A stretch of DNA of 64,000 nt from Octopus sinensis. Lineage: Eukaryota. Under the pieces are notes generated by a model. It was not told the origin of the DNA. It did no database searches and saw only the letters and a list, made by a program, of their open reading frames with translations. The stretch covers positions 1,426,001 to 1,490,000 of the forward strand of contig NC_043016.1 of the NCBI RefSeq assembly GCF_006345805.1, written 5' to 3'. The position numbers and the translations under genes were made by a program. The number at the start of each line of letters is the position of its first letter. Positions within the stretch are counted from its first letter, which is position 1. Positions 11,385 through 25,744 of this stretch are shown here, piece after piece.

Positions 11385-14300
11385 TTTTTTTTCTTCTTTC
11401 AAATTTGCTTCCATTTCTTGCCGAGTGTCTTCCCGACTCCTAGGGCAAAGAAACTCATAGTATACATTGGTAGGCCATTAAACCAAACTCAATAGTTCGT
11501 TCATTTTTTTTTTTAAGTTAAATTAAAATACATGAGCAGCAACAGTTCTCACATCGACAATGCACTTCTCAATACGTGTGATGTACCAGTTAAGACAATC
11601 TTTTGCACTTCTTGCAGGGATCATTCTCATATAATTTTCGGTTCCCTTCTTGATCATTCGTAGTGCTCCTACGATCACTGGTATTGTAACCGCCTTGAGA
11701 TGCCACATTTTTCAATTTCAATGAGTAGGTCTTTATATTTTCTGAGCTTGTCAAACTCTTTCGCTGAGATATTATGATCACAGGGGATGCTCATGTCGAT
11801 CAATAAGCAAACTTTATTGTTTTGGTCTTTCACAACAATATCTGGTTTATTGGCCTTGATGGTTCTGTCTGTATGTACTGGAAAGTCCCACAGAATGGTT
11901 ACATTTTCTCCTTCAGTTACAGCCTCAGGGTGGTGATTATACCACTTGTCGGCAGTTTTGATATTGTAATGTTGACTTATTAGCCAGTGTAGATATTGGC
12001 CAACTCTGTCATGTCTTAATTTATACTCCACTGGTGCTAAGACTTTACATCCAGAGATTAGGTGGTCCACTGTTTCAATCATGTCGTTGCAGAATCGGCA
12101 TTTTGGATCTGCTCCATTTTTCATCACATTGGCCTGGTAGTTCCGGGTTAATAGGCTTTGATCTTGAGCAGCCAGGATGAAACCTTCGCTCTCTGCTTTT
12201 AGCCCTGAGCTCCGTAGCCACTGATGGGTTTGCTTCTGGTCAACATCAGCTTGTTTGCTGCGGGTCACACATTTGCCGTGCAGAGGTTTCTCCTCCCAAC
12301 TATCAACCAATTGCTCGGGCGCTTTTTTCATTGCCATCATTTTCACCTTCTTTGCAACAATAGTTGCCGTACTTCCCTCGGGTTGTTCAGTTTGGGTATC
12401 CTGCACGAGATCAATAGCAAATTTTTTGCTTTCCTTTATGATAGAATGAAGCTTCTTTCGTCTCTCGTGATTTTCCACGAGCTTTAGCATCCAGTCATTC
12501 GTTATTTCGAGATATTTGGCCAGTCCAATTGTGGTTGTTTTGTAAGCTAGTTCAAATTGGATCAGGCCTCGACCTCCTTGGGCTCTGGGAAGGTAAAGGC
12601 GATCTACGTCTGCCTTTGGGTGGTGCATCCTATTACAACTCAGCAGCTTGCGTACTTTCCTATCTATATTCTTTACTTCACTCATATTCCAGTTCAACAC
12701 ATTGTAGCTATAAGTAACAACTGGAACTGCTAAGGAATTTATAGCTAACACCTTGTTACGTGCATTTTTAGTTCAGATTTCAGGACTGCACGAACTCTCC
12801 TATAACATTCCTTCCTGATTTTCTCTTTCATGCTTGCATGCTGAATAGCAGAGCCTTCATTTATCCCTAAATATTTGTATGTTTGTTCTTGCTCAAGCTA
12901 TCTTATGACTCTGTCAACATCTAACACGACTGAATTTGTGGTCTTCACTTTCCCTTTCTGGAAAGTGGCCTTGGCACACTTCTCAAGTCCAAATTCCATC
13001 CCGATGTCATCGCTGAATGCTTTCACGGTGTGCAATAGGCCTTCAAGTTCATTATTGTCTTTACCATAACGTTTTAAGTCATCCATATAAAATAGATGGC
13101 TTATTTTTTTATTAGCAATTTTATACCCATACCCTGTTCTGTTTAATTCACTTGTAAGGGGTATTAGGGCTATGCAGAATATTAAAGGTGAAAGTGAGTC
13201 ACCTTGAAAAATTCCACAGTTGATGTTTATATTTTCTGAGGCAAGTACTCCATTAGAGTGGTATATTTGGAGATTCGTATTCCACAACGACATATTGTGC
13301 TTCAGGAAGTTTGAAATCACAGGGGAAATTTTGAAGATGTCCAGCGATCTCAAGATCCATGGATGCGGTATACTGTCGAAGGCCTTTTTATAGTCAATCC
13401 ATGCGGAGCTGAGATTTCTGCGCTTGTTGTGACAGTTCTCAAGGATCATACGATTGATTAACAGCTGATCTTTGCATCCGTAAGAGCATCGGCGGCACCC
13501 TTTTTGTTCAATGGGGAAAATATCGTTCTTCTCCATGAATGCATATGTTTTCTCCGCCAGGATAGATGTTAGGATTTTATACGTGGTGGATAGACAGGCC
13601 GATAGTTTTTTGGAAGGTTGGTTTCGTTATTCTTTGGGAGTAGGTAAGTAATGCCACTTGCTAACCATTCAGGTGTTTTCTTTCAGTCTCTCATAATTCC
13701 ATTGAGCAGCTGAACTAGCTTACCGTGTGCGCATGGGAGCGATGCGAGCTAGAAATTCGGCACCCTATCTTTACCGGGGGATTTCCAATTATGGGCCTTC
13801 GTGAGTGCCTTTCTTAGGTCTGCTATTGTGATGTCTTCCCATGCTTGTTGTTGTAAATTTTGGTAGGATCCTTCAGTTTGTATAATCCAGTCTGCATTTA
13901 TGTTATACGTCTTCTTGTCACTCCAAATCCTTTTCCAAAAGTTTTGAACTTCTTCCATGGTTACTTTCTCCTTCCCTATTTCTCTGTAGAATTTTTTGGC
14001 ATTGGATGTGAACAGCTTATTTTGCTTGTAAAACATGTTTCTCTTCTCAAATCTTCGTATTCTTTGGGCTTTTGCTTGGACTTTTTGTTTCAGCGTTTCT
14101 TTTATTGATATCAGTTCTTCTCTTGATGAGGATCCAAATTTTCTCTTCATCCTTCTTCCTGTTCTGGATCTTACATCATTTCCACATATTAGTTCATTTA
14201 ATATTGATATTTCCCCTCTCATAAATTCAATCTCTTTTTCAATTTTACTTCTCCAGGTTTGATTTCCTCCCAGGTTTTGTTTTCCTTGTTTTTTCGGGGG

Positions 14301-14662
14301 CATACAGCTGGTTTCAATTGCTCTTGCAGAAGCGTAAATAATTTCATTTAACTCAGTAAAATCAGGTTTTAATTCTCGTATTATTTCATTTGTTACATAG
14401 TTGCCAATTTGGATTTGTTTTTTATTTTGGTTTGTATTTGAGAGTTTATGAAGTGGTTCTCTATCATTCATACTTGTATGTCTTACAACTTCAAGCGTAT
14501 TCAGGATTTTCTGCCATATTTCTGCCATAGACTCTCTGTGTTCTGCAAATGCGAGATCTTCAGTTACTGTTGTTTTTTCGTTTTCCTGGCTATCTTTAAC
14601 AGGTACAATAGAATTTCTTGTATCTTCAGGCCTTTGCGTACTTTGGTCAGATGGCAGTCTTT
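11385..14662 (-). mobile_element. R4/Dong family A, 5'-truncated, frameshifted
   Basis: RT WIDYKKAFDS, GIFQGDSLSP and LFYMDDLK; RLE KPDIVV...IDMSIP; (TAA)n tail at ~11355-11385. Confidence 0.92.
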
Positions 14663-16380
14663 GGATGTAATACCAAATAGCTTCATACACTCCGTAATCC
14701 AAGAATGTGGGATCATATCGTACACCTTACGATAGTCGATCCATGACATGGCTAAGTTACTTTTCCTCCTCTTGCAATCTCTAAGTACAGTTTTGTCTAT
14801 CAGGAGTTGATCCTCGGTACATCTGCACTTACGCTTGCAACCCTTCTGCTCATGTGGCAGGACTCCATTTTTTCCAAATGTTCGTACATTGATTCTGCGA
14901 GTATTCCAGTTAATAATTTCCACATAAGTGGCAAACAGGATATCGGCCTGTAATTGTCTACCGTATTGCTTTTTTCGATGTTTTCCAGGCACAGCACTGT
15001 CCTACCCAATGTTAACCACTCTGGTGTTACTTGGTCGGGATTTAAATGGTGTTGAGTTGCGCAGCTATTCGTGCATGACATTCAACAAATGTTTTGATCT
15101 AGTAGCCTTTAACTCCATCTGCTCCCGGGGCCTTCCAGTTGCTCATTTTCTTCACTTCCTTAACTGAAATGAGTAGTTCTGCCTGTTTTGGACAGACTAC
15201 TGTTTGTTTCAGCAACCATTCAGCATCCTTCTTGTGCTCCTTGTCTTTGCTCCAGATGTCACTCCAAAACCTTTGACTTTCAATGTTATCAACTTTTTAT
15301 CTGTATAACCTCCATTTATTTCTTTATACAATCTCTTCTGTTCTACTCTGAACAACCTATTCTGGTAGTAACCCTTCATTCTTTGGTTGTATCTTACCAG
15401 CTTTGCTTTCTTTGCAACGAGGCGCTGTTTCAGTTCCTCCATTACCACTTTCAGTTCCTTTCTTTCAATATTATACTTCCTTTTCAGTGCCCTGTATTTT
15501 TGTTCGCTTTTAAGTCTCCTCTTTCTCTTTTCGGTCTAATACAGAAATGTCCTTCGAGAGTATATTTAACACTGCCTGTATTCTTTTTTTTTTCATCATG
15601 GATCTTTTCTTTTGTCACTCTCAATATATTTATTTTTCTTGACATCAACACCCACGTTTTCTGCTACAACAATACTTGTTGCTTTGATCAAATTATTTGT
15701 TTCTGTGATGTTGTCTGTTCTGATGTATTTCAGAATTTCATTGGCATTTTTCGTTTCCTGGTTCACTTTCTCCCGATCAACATTTTTAAGTTTGCAAATA
15801 ATGTCGCTATCCTTCTCCTGTAGTCTTGCCTTTATCTTGTCGTAGATTGCCTTTTGTTCATCTGTTATGTCACCATTAGTTTTATTGACTTCTTTCAGCT
15901 CATCTATATGTCTCTCAACAAGTAAGCTACCACTGCTCCTTTCCTGTGCAATGAGATTACTTTTATTAGTAAGAAATGTAGTTTCATCGTTATCGTTGCT
16001 GCTATTTTCCAATACTCATCTTTTGATAGCTTCGAGCTCTACTTCTGTGAACCAACGATTTTTTCTTATTGCTCTAGCTCGATCATATGATCTCTGTTCT
16101 GTGAGTTGAAACAATCCCTTTTCTCTCCAATGATCATACGTTGTCGGTAACCCCTAATTTGAGCATCATTTTCATCTACAGGGTTGCTCAGGTAGTAATA
16201 CTCCATGACCACAGCATTAATTTGCTTGCTCTATTTACGCCGTGTGTGATGGTACCTTTCTGGATAGCGACAGCCTGGAGCCGGATCAGAATCTCTGAGC
16301 CTTCCGGGTGTATCACTCACACCATCAATGGCTTCAGTTTCATTATCACCGTTATTCGCAATATTTTGTATTTTCATTGT
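14663..16380 (-). mobile_element. R4/Dong family C, 5' half (N-terminal domain to RT motif [15 protein letters not shown]), fused to family A
   Basis: N-terminal [24 protein letters not shown] and [18 protein letters not shown]; switches to family A sequence at AAAGACTGCC (~14662). Confidence 0.8.
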
Positions 16381-16639
16381 CACTGAAAAGGAAGTATGAG
16401 TAGAACAGAAGAGATTGTATAAAGAAATAAAGTAGTGCAATTACCAGTGTTTTTATTCTGACACCTCACTAGAGATATGATTACTCAGGAATTGGGGAGA
16501 CTCGGGGAGACTCCACCCGCTCCTTTCATTGGTATTAATATTATTATTATCATCACTGATATCACTATCATTGTTATTATTAATATTATTATTATCATCA
16601 CTGATATCACTATCATTGTTATTATTAATATTATTATTA

Positions 16640-19600
16640 CTTTTTTTTTTCTTCTTTCAAATTTCTTCCATTTCTTGCCGAGTGTCTTCCCGACTCCTAG
16701 GGCAAAGAAACTCATAGTGTATATTGGTAGGCCATTAAACCAAACTCAGTAGTTCGTTCATTTAAAAAAATTTTTTAAAAATTTTTTTAAAGTTAAATTA
16801 AAATACATGAGCAGCAAGAGTTCTCACATCGACAATGCTCTTCTCAATACGTGTGATGTACCAGTTAAGACAATCTTTTGCACTTCTTGCAGGGATGGTA
16901 AGCCAGGGATCATTCTCATATAATTTTCGGTTCCCTTCTTGATCATTCCTAGTGCTCCTACGATCACTGGTATTGTAACCGCCTTGAGATGCCACATTTT
17001 CTCAATTTCAATGAGTAGGTCTTTATATTTTCTGAGCTTGTCAAACTCTTTCGCTGAGATATTATGATCACAGGGGATGCTCATGTCGATCAATAAGCAA
17101 ACTTTATTGTTTTGGTCTTTCACAACAATATCTGGTTTATTGGCCTTGATGGTTCGGTCTGTATGTACTGGAAAGTCCCACAGAATGGTTACATTTTCTC
17201 CTTCAGTTACAGCCTCAGGGTGGTGATTATACCACTTGTCGGCAGTTTGATATTGTAATGTTGACTTATTAGCCAGTGTAGATATTGGCCAACTCTGTCA
17301 TGTCTTAATTTATACTCCACTGGTGCTAAGACTTTACATCCAGAGATTAGGTGGTCCACTGTTTCAATCATGTCGTTGCAGAATTGGCATTTTGGGTCTG
17401 CTCATTTTTTCATCACATTGGCCTGGTAGTTCCGGGTTGATAGGCTTTGGTCTTGAGCAGCCAGGATGAAACCTTCGCTCTCTGCTTTTAGCCCTGAGCT
17501 CCGCAGCCACTGATGGGTTTGCTTCTGGTCAACATCAGCTTGTTTGCTGCGGGTCACATATTTGCCGTGCAGAGGTTTCTCCTCCCACCTATCAGCCAAT
17601 TGCTCGTGCGCTTTTTTCATTGCCATCATTTTCACCTTCTTTGCAACAATAGTTGCCGTACTTCCCTCGGGTTGTTCAGTTTGGGTATCCTGCACGAGAT
17701 CAATAGCAAATTTTTTGCTTTCCTTGATGATAGAATGAAGCTTCTTTCGTCTCTCGTGATTTTCCACGAGCTTTAGCATCCAGTCATTCGTTATTTCGAG
17801 ATATTTGGCCAGTCCAATTGTGGTTGTTTTGTAAGCTAGTTCAAATTGGATCAGGCCTCGACCTCCTTGGGCTCTGGGAAGGTAAAGGCGATCTACGTCT
17901 GCCTTTGGGTGGTGCATCCTATTACAACTCAGCAGCTTGCGTATTTTTCTATCTATATTCTTTACTTCACTCATATTCCAGTTCAACACATTGTAGCTAT
18001 AAGTAACAACTGGAACTGCTAAGGAATTTATAGCTAACACCTTGTTACGTGCATTTAGTTCAGATTTCAGGACTGCACGAACTCTCCTATAACATTCCTT
18101 CCTGATTTTCTCTTTCATGCTTGCATGCTGAATAGCAGAGCCTTCATTTATCCTAAATATTTGTATGTTTGTTCTTGCTCAAGCTCTCTTATGACTGTGT
18201 CAACATCTAACACGACTGAATTTGTGGTCTTCACTTCCCTTTCTGGAAAGTGGCCTTGGCACACTTCTCAAGTCCAAACTCCATCCCGATGTCATCGCTG
18301 AATGATTCACGGTGCGCAATAGGCCTTCAAGTTCATTATTGTCTTTACCATAAAGTTTTAAGTCATCCATATAAAATAGATGGCTTATTTTTTATTGGCA
18401 ATTTTATAACCATACCCTGTTCTGTTTAATTCACTTGTAAGGGGCATTAGGGCTATGCAGAATATTAAAGGTGAAAGTGAGTCACCTTGAAAAATTCCAT
18501 AGTTGATGTTTATATTTTCTGAGGCAAGTACTCCATTAGAGTGGTATAATTGGAGATTCGTATTCCACAACGACATATTGTGCTTCAGGAAGTTTGAAAT
18601 CACAGGGGAAATTTTGAAGATGTCCAGCGATCTCAAGATCCATGGATGCGGTATACTGTCGAAGGCCTTTTTATAGTCAATCCATGCGGTGCTGAGATTT
18701 CTGCGTGTTGTGACAGTTCTCAAGGATCATACGATTGATTAGCAGTTGATCTTTGCATCCGTAAGAGCCTCGGCGGCACCCTTTTTGTTCAATGGGGAAA
18801 ATATCGTTCTTCTCCATGAATGCATATGTTTTCTCCGCCAGGATAGATGTTAGGATTTTATACGTGGTGGATAGACAGGTTATAGGCCGATAGTTTTTTG
18901 GAAGGTTGGTTTCGTTATTCTTTGGGAGTAGGTAAGTAATGCCACTTGCTAACCATTCAGGTGTTTTCTTTGGGTCTCTCATAATTCCATTGAGCAGCTG
19001 AACTAGCTTACCGTGTGCGCACGGGAGCGATGCGAGCCAGAAATTCGGCACCCTATCTTTACCGGGGATTTCCAATTATGGGCCTTCGTGAGTGCCTTTC
19101 TTAGGTCTGCTATTGTGATGTCTTCCCATGCTTGTTGTTGTAAATTTTGGTAGGATCCTTCAGTTTGTATAATCCAGTCTGCATTTATGTTGTACGTCTT
19201 CTTGTCACTCCAAATCCTTTTCAAAAGTTTTGAACTTCTTCCATGGGAGGGGGTCTTTAACGGTTACTTTCTCCTTCCCTATTTCTCTGTAGAATTTTTT
19301 GGCATTGGATGTGAACAGCTTATTTGCTTGTAAAACATGTTTCTCTCTCAAATCTTCGTATTCTTTGGGCTTTTGCTTGGACTTTTTGTTTCAGCGTTTC
19401 TTTTATTGATATCAGTTCTTCTCTTGATGAGGATCCAAATTTTCTCTTCATCTTTCTTCTTGTTCTGGATCTTACATCATTTCCACATATTAGTTCATTT
19501 AATATTGATATTTCCCCTCTCATAAATTCAATCTCTTTTTCAGTTTTACTTCTCCAGGTTTGATTTCTTCCCAGGTTTTGTTTTCTTTGTTTTTTCGGGG

Positions 19601-20510
19601 GCATACAGCTGGTTCCAATTGCCCTAGCAGAAGCGTAAATAATTCATTTAACTCAGTAAAATCAGGTTTTAATTCTCGTATTATTTCATTTGTTACATAG
19701 TTGCCAATTTGGATTTGTTTTTTATTTTGGTTTGTATTGAGAGTTTATGAAGCGGTTCTCTATCATTCATACTTATATGTTACAACTTCAAGCGTATTCA
19801 GGATTTTCTGCCTCATTTCTGCTATAGACTCTCTTGTGTTCTTCAGCAAATGCGAGATCTTCAGTTACTGTTGTTTTTTCGTTTTCCTGGCTATCTTTAA
19901 CAGGTACAATAGAATTTCTTGTATCTTCAGGCCTTTGCGTACTTTGGTCAGATGGCAGTCTTTCAATTAAGCCTCGTGGCGGGCTATACTGTTCATCTGA
20001 TTCTTCATTTCCTTTGTGTCTTATATTTATGTCATTTCCGTTGCGTGCTTGATCGCGCTTATTTCACTGTCTGTGAGTCTGTTATTTCTAAAGATATCCC
20101 TCCTCACATTTGCTAATTTGTTCTCGTCCAAATAGGGCCTACTGTCTTGATTCCGTGTTCTCCATATACTGTAAGAGTTTGCGGTGTGTGTCTCTTGAGA
20201 TGGCCTACCTAATGCATAGTAATAAGCGTATATTACTTCTTTATACTCTTCTCGGGTCCATTTGTTCCGCTTACATTTTTCTTTCTGTGGTGGTTGTGGT
20301 GGTGAACTTGGAGGGCTCGAGTTGGGGGATTTCCCGTTCAAGTGATCATCCATGTCCGTATTCGGAGAAGAGTTTGTGCCAGTTGATGACTTTTCGATCC
20401 CAGGCTGGCTCTTCCCTGGGGGACGCGCTTCCAGATTAACCATAGGACAAGCGATTTGGTATACTGATTTAGTTTTCCTTTTAGTTTCCAAAAACATTTT
20501 GTGCTACGAT
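16640..20510 (-). mobile_element. Near full-length R4/Dong family A element, frameshifted
   Basis: N-terminal KWTREEYKEVIYAYY, RT, CCHC and RLE segments in order; highly similar to 11385-14662; TAA/TGA-rich flanks. Confidence 0.92.
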
Positions 20511-20899
20511 AATGTTATCATTTTTTAGCTTTGATTGGCTCGTGGGGAGACGGCCATCATTGCCGTTACAATTATAATCGTACCATTATAGCAGCCGTAG
20601 TCGGCTTATTATTGTTATATCATCACCATTACATCACTATCATCATTATCACCACCATTACATCATCATTATCATCATCACCATCACCATCACCATCATC
20701 ATCATCAATGATATTGTTTTATGTGTAGTCACAGCAGTATCTTATTATTGTTATTTTTGTTTTTTTATCATTATCACTATCACAGTAGTGTCTGTCTGTC
20801 TCATTGGCTGGCTTGGTGGTTGGCTGGCTGACTGTCTTTTTTTTTTTTTTCTTTCTTTAGGTGCGGTCCTATCGGTCAAAAAAAGTTCAGATGTTTACT

Positions 20900-21850
20900 A
20901 CTATTAGGCTTAAGAAAAATTAAGGAAGGGCGGTTCTGTATTGTTTGTGAATAGAGAAGTTGTGTTCGACCAGAGAGAATCGTAGCATCATCATTTTTTT
21001 TTCCCACGTGCGTTTGTGTTATTGCAATTAAAAGTGTTTGTATATTCCTGTAAGGTAATATTGTGGAGGTTGAAGTTGACTTTTCTAGAGATGTTTGTAT
21101 GTCCAGTTAGAAGAACAGGTGTGTTTTTTACAATAACAAGTATATATGTTTACATTATATTTGAATATTCAGGGAGGAAGCAAAGAAAAGTCAGATTTTC
21201 ATAGAAAGTTTTAGGGTTTTGTAAGTCCACAAAAAAGAAAAAAGAAAAGCGTGATGTTTTTAGAGAGAAGAAAAAAAAAAAAAAAGGATGTTTACAGAGG
21301 CAATTGTGGGTATCAAAGTTTTTAAAGCTGGTCGAATGTATGATTGAAAACTGTAGATATGTAAATTTGTAAATTTTTTTTTTTTTTCTTAACTTATTTT
21401 GAAGGGCTGTTCTGTATTATTTGTGAATAGAGAAGCTGTGTTCGACCAGAGAGAATCTTAGCATCATTATTTTTTCCATGTGCGTTTGTGTTATTGCAAT
21501 AAAAAGTGTTTGTATATTTCGTGCAAGGTAATATTGTGGAGGTTGAAGTTGACCCCTCTAGAGATGTTTGTATGTCCAGTTAGAGGAACAGGTGTGTTTT
21601 GCAATAAAGAGTATATGTTTACATTTATATTGAATATTCTGGGAGGAAGCAAAGAAAAGTCAGATTTTCATAGAAAGTTTTAGGGTTTTGCAAGTCCACA
21701 AAAAGAAAAGCGTGATGTTTTTAGAGAGAAGAGAAAAAAAGGGTGCTTACAGAGGCAGTTGTGGGTATTAAAGTTTTTAAAGCCGATCGGATGTATGTTT
21801 GAAAGCTGCAGAGATATGTAAATTTGTAAATTTCTTAACCCACTTTGAAG
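20900..21850. repeat. Direct tandem duplication, ~475-bp unit, unknown origin
   Basis: GAAGGGC(G/T)GTTCTGTATT at ~20926 and ~21401, with colinear similarity through the unit. Confidence 0.9.
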
Positions 21851-22009
21851 AGAATTTCAAATACTCACGAGGTATTGTAGATGTTCCAGTCTTTGAGAGT
21901 TATTTTTCCCCGTTGCTAAACTGGCCCATATTAGTGTTTCTATGGCTTTCAGCCACCGAACTGTCAGAGCAGTGAGGAACACGTCCAGCCGCTGTCAAGG
22001 CTGGCGCTT

Positions 22010-22018
22010 ATTATTATA

Positions 22019-22108
<90 letters not shown>

Positions 22109-22170
22109 CTTCATTTTTCTTCTTCTTATTGTTGTTGTTATTATTATTATTATTATTATCATTATTATTA
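22010..22170. repeat. (TTA)n/(TTG)n microsatellite
   Basis: Direct reading. Confidence 0.95.
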
Positions 22171-22379
22171 TTGTTTGCATGTTTGTTACAATCACTTACC
22201 GAAACACAACCGGCGTCCTAGGACGAGTGAAGGATAAGAGATGTTACAGTATGACTGTAAGCTTGAGGAGTGGAAGTGGAAGGAGAGTAGTGAAAATGTC
22301 CATGCAATACAATGCTGTCATTTAAATGGATAGGGTTTTCTAAGGATGTTAGCACAATTAGTACTTGTTTGCACAATCT

Positions 22380-24330
22380 CTTTTCTTTTGAATGTGTAGC
22401 AGCCCACTTTTTTCCAAGTATCTGCACAGTTCACTGGCCAAAGCACTTCACATTAGTTTCCACATTAACAGAAAGCATGTTATTGGTCTAAAGTTGGATG
22501 CAGCCCTTTCATGGAGCCCTTTCAGCTTCTTCATCCAACACACCCTTAGATCCAACCCGGTCCTGGGCTTTTCCAATTTGGGAATTTTCGTAACTTCCTT
22601 TTTATCATTTCTGTAATTATCTTTATGTCTTCTTGACTTTTATATTTCTTAACCTATGTCGGATTTCATACAGCCACTCTGCTTCATCATTATGTTCTAT
22701 ATGTTGCTCCCAGCTCCCTCTCCACAATGCCTTGCTTTCCTCTGCATCTGGTATCATTGTTACGTGTTTTTGTCCATCTAGTTCCTGAAACAGTTTCTTC
22801 TGATTTGCTTCAAACAATCTGCTTTGCCTGAACTGTCTTTTTCTATTGTCATATCTTTGGTTGCTACTTCTCTTTGTTTCAATTCTTCTAGTATCGTATC
22901 ATAACCTATATCTCTTATTCTATATATTCTTTCCATCAATATTCTTCTGCTTTCGTTCTGCAATTCCCTTCTTCTCTCTCTATCAACTTGTCCTAAATGT
23001 CTTTTTAACTTTGTTTATTACAAATTCGGCTACGCCAGTATGGTTCTTTACTTTCTGTTTGCTCTCTTCTTCTGTATCCAAATCTATCTGCAGCAACCAT
23101 AGCTGCAGCCCAAATAACCTTGTTGGTTTCAGTTATATTTCTCAGCTGGAATATCCAAGAAGCGAATCTATATTTTCGGTTTCAAACTTGAGCATTGCTT
23201 TGATCCGTGTACCTCAGGCTGGAGATGCTTGATCTTGGTCTTCTCTGATATATCGGCACAGCGTCTTCACTATGCCTTGTTGGTCATCTTCGTATTCTTG
23301 TGACATAACTCTTCCTATTACTTCTCCTTCATTTGCTAAGAATGCGTTTACATGTACACTTTACTCTACTTCTTCATTGCCGCCTTTCATTTTTCTGTTT
23401 TCAGTGGGAATGTTATTTGTTAGTTAAGTATTTCTGTCTTCTTACGTTTTAGTTCTTCTATTTCGATATCTGTTAACCACCCTTTTGCCCTTTTTTGCTC
23501 TTGCTTGGTCGGCTAATCGTTAGTTTTTTTTTTGAAGAGTCATATCTCATTCCATTTTGCCTTCATTCGTTATCGGAATCCCTTTTTGATGGGTTCACAC
23601 ATTATTCAGCATTCAATTACCGTTCGGTTTGTCTCCTTAACCCACCTTCTCTCTTGGTTTGTGTACAAGCAGTTTCTGGATGACGACCGGGTCTGCGCTG
23701 CTCAAGCACAGAGCACATGCTGGGCGAAAAGCTTTCAGTTTTGGTTCCAGCTTCATCAACACCATTATTTGATACAAAGACATTTTCACTCAACAGTGAG
23801 GTATGTGTTCTAAGGTTAGCCACCAGCTAGTATTTTTATCGACACACCATCTCTTGGAATATTGTCAACCAAGACTGCAAAGTTCTTACTACTAATATGT
23901 TGGGCCTATTCCCTTCGCATTTCTATGTGTTAGGAACCATGATCCTGATTCTCACTAGGAGACAGGCGAGAGTCAGTTGGTCCCGTATCTTCATCCAAAT
24001 ATTGCTCCGGAGTCTCGATTCGTAGTTCATTCACCTTCATCCCAAGCATGGAGCCGTAGGACACTGACAAGTTGTCACTACTGTAACTAAGGAGTTCTAT
24101 GCACCTTAGTTATTAAATCAGTGCTCCTTCTAGACAGACCGCCAACCAAGGCTCACGACTTCTGTCTACCCGTTTTCGGAACGACCATTGACTCTTTTAA
24201 GTTCCTCTTCCCTTTGTCGGTTTTGTTTTAAATCCTGCAAGCTGTTGAAAACCCACCCTCGTCACTACGCAAGCTTAGTTGGGTTGCCAGTTTAGTCGCC
24301 GACGAGTCGACGGTTTCATAAGGCTACTTG
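22380..24330 (-). mobile_element. R4/Dong-type element, 5' UTR + N-terminal coding region, decayed
   Basis: Fragments ILEELKQR, FEANQKKLFQEL and SNFRPITCFLLMWKL; GC-richer leader starting GGCGACTAAACTGGCAACCC. Confidence 0.65.
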
Positions 24331-24544
24331 TTAATCATTCTGGGTAAATATCAATCTGGGTAATTATTTACTTGTTCACTATTTTAATTTCATTATTACA
24401 ACAATAATTGCTATCTTATTATTTACTTGTTCACTATTATAGTTTCACAACTGGAGATTATTATTATTGTTGTTGTTGTTGTTGATGATGTTGTTGATGT
24501 TGTTGTTGTTGTTGTTGTTGTTGTTATTATTATTATTATTATTA

Positions 24545-25260
24545 TTGCAGGCGTCGCACAGTATCTAATGAGATGTTGTTGATTGCAGATTTTTGTTTAC
24601 AGGGGTATTGTACTGTTTGTCAAGTCCTAAGAAGGACATGAAACAGTACTTTACGCTATATATGTGGAGTTCCAAGTAAAGCTGATTTTTGAAAAACGCC
24701 TAGATTGTAGGGTATGTCTAAAGTTTCCATATATTTGTTCAGGTTGTTTCTGATATTGAACCAAATGCTCTGATGACAACAGGGACAAGCATTATGTTTG
24801 ACTCACGTAGCTGCCACACCTTGGCGATCTTAATTCTCAGGTCTCCTTAGTTATCAATCTTTTCTCTTTCATGCTTGATCTCCTGGCATTGCCATGTCGA
24901 TTATTAGGAAATCTTGTTTGTCCTTCCTACAGTTTGCATCCGGCCTTCGGTGCTCTAACACCTTGTTTGTCTGGAACTCAAAGTCTCAGAGGACTTTTGT
25001 CTTCCCTTTTCTTTCATTATCTTTTTCTGGTGTATGTTAGTACCCGTTACGTCATACCCACAATTCCGGCATAGTATCCACTGATGTTTTTGTGCTACCT
25101 TGTCCTGTCGTCGCTTGTACTCCTTCTGCGGAAGATATTCACAAGCACTAACAATGTGAGTTTGGCTTTCGACCCTCTCCTCACACATTCTGCAGAGGTT
25201 TGTTGCATTGTATAATATATATCCCTTTTCACTGAGTTGGTATTCAATGCCTGATCCTAA
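24545..25260 (-). mobile_element. R4/Dong-type 3' fragment, decayed
   Basis: CRMCEERVESQTHIVSACEYL..KEYKRRQDKVA knuckle; abuts (TTA/TTG)n. Confidence 0.75.
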
Positions 25261-25459
25261 GTGGCCACCTCTATGATGCCTACTTGTCTTTTACTTTATT
25301 AATTTAACGGTGGAACTGACCTATGTAACGCCATGCGGAATAAGATTTTTCACTCACATTGGCTGTTCCTGATCGGAATTCATTAGAACTCTCAAGTCTC
25401 TAGCTGGTAAAACCTTTGCATTGGCAGCATACAGCAGCATGTCTCCTCCTATTCTACTT

Positions 25460-25498
25460 CCTCTGCCTCTTCTTCTTCTTCTTCTTCTTCTTCTTCTT

Positions 25499-25529
<31 letters not shown>

Positions 25530-25690
25530 TTTTTCTTCCTCTTCTTCTTTTTCTTCCTCTTCTTCTTTTTCTTCCTCTTCTTCTTTTTCTTCCTCTTCTT
25601 CTTCTTCTTCTTTTTCTTCCTCTTCTTCTTCTTCTTCTTCTTCTTCTTCTGCTTCTTCTTCTTCCTCTTCTTCGTCTTCTTCTTCATAAG
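25460..25690. repeat. (CTT)n with CTTCTTTTTCTTCCT variants
   Basis: Direct reading. Confidence 0.95.
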
Positions 25691-25744
25691 ATCACGAGCA
25701 GGAAGAATCTTTAGTATGCTGTGAAAGATTCTTAGCGGCATGTA

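Noticed and set aside
20835-20925. Host exon after a strong polypyrimidine-TAG acceptor
   Set aside because: No recognisable reading frame or donor site; poly-T runs are common here.
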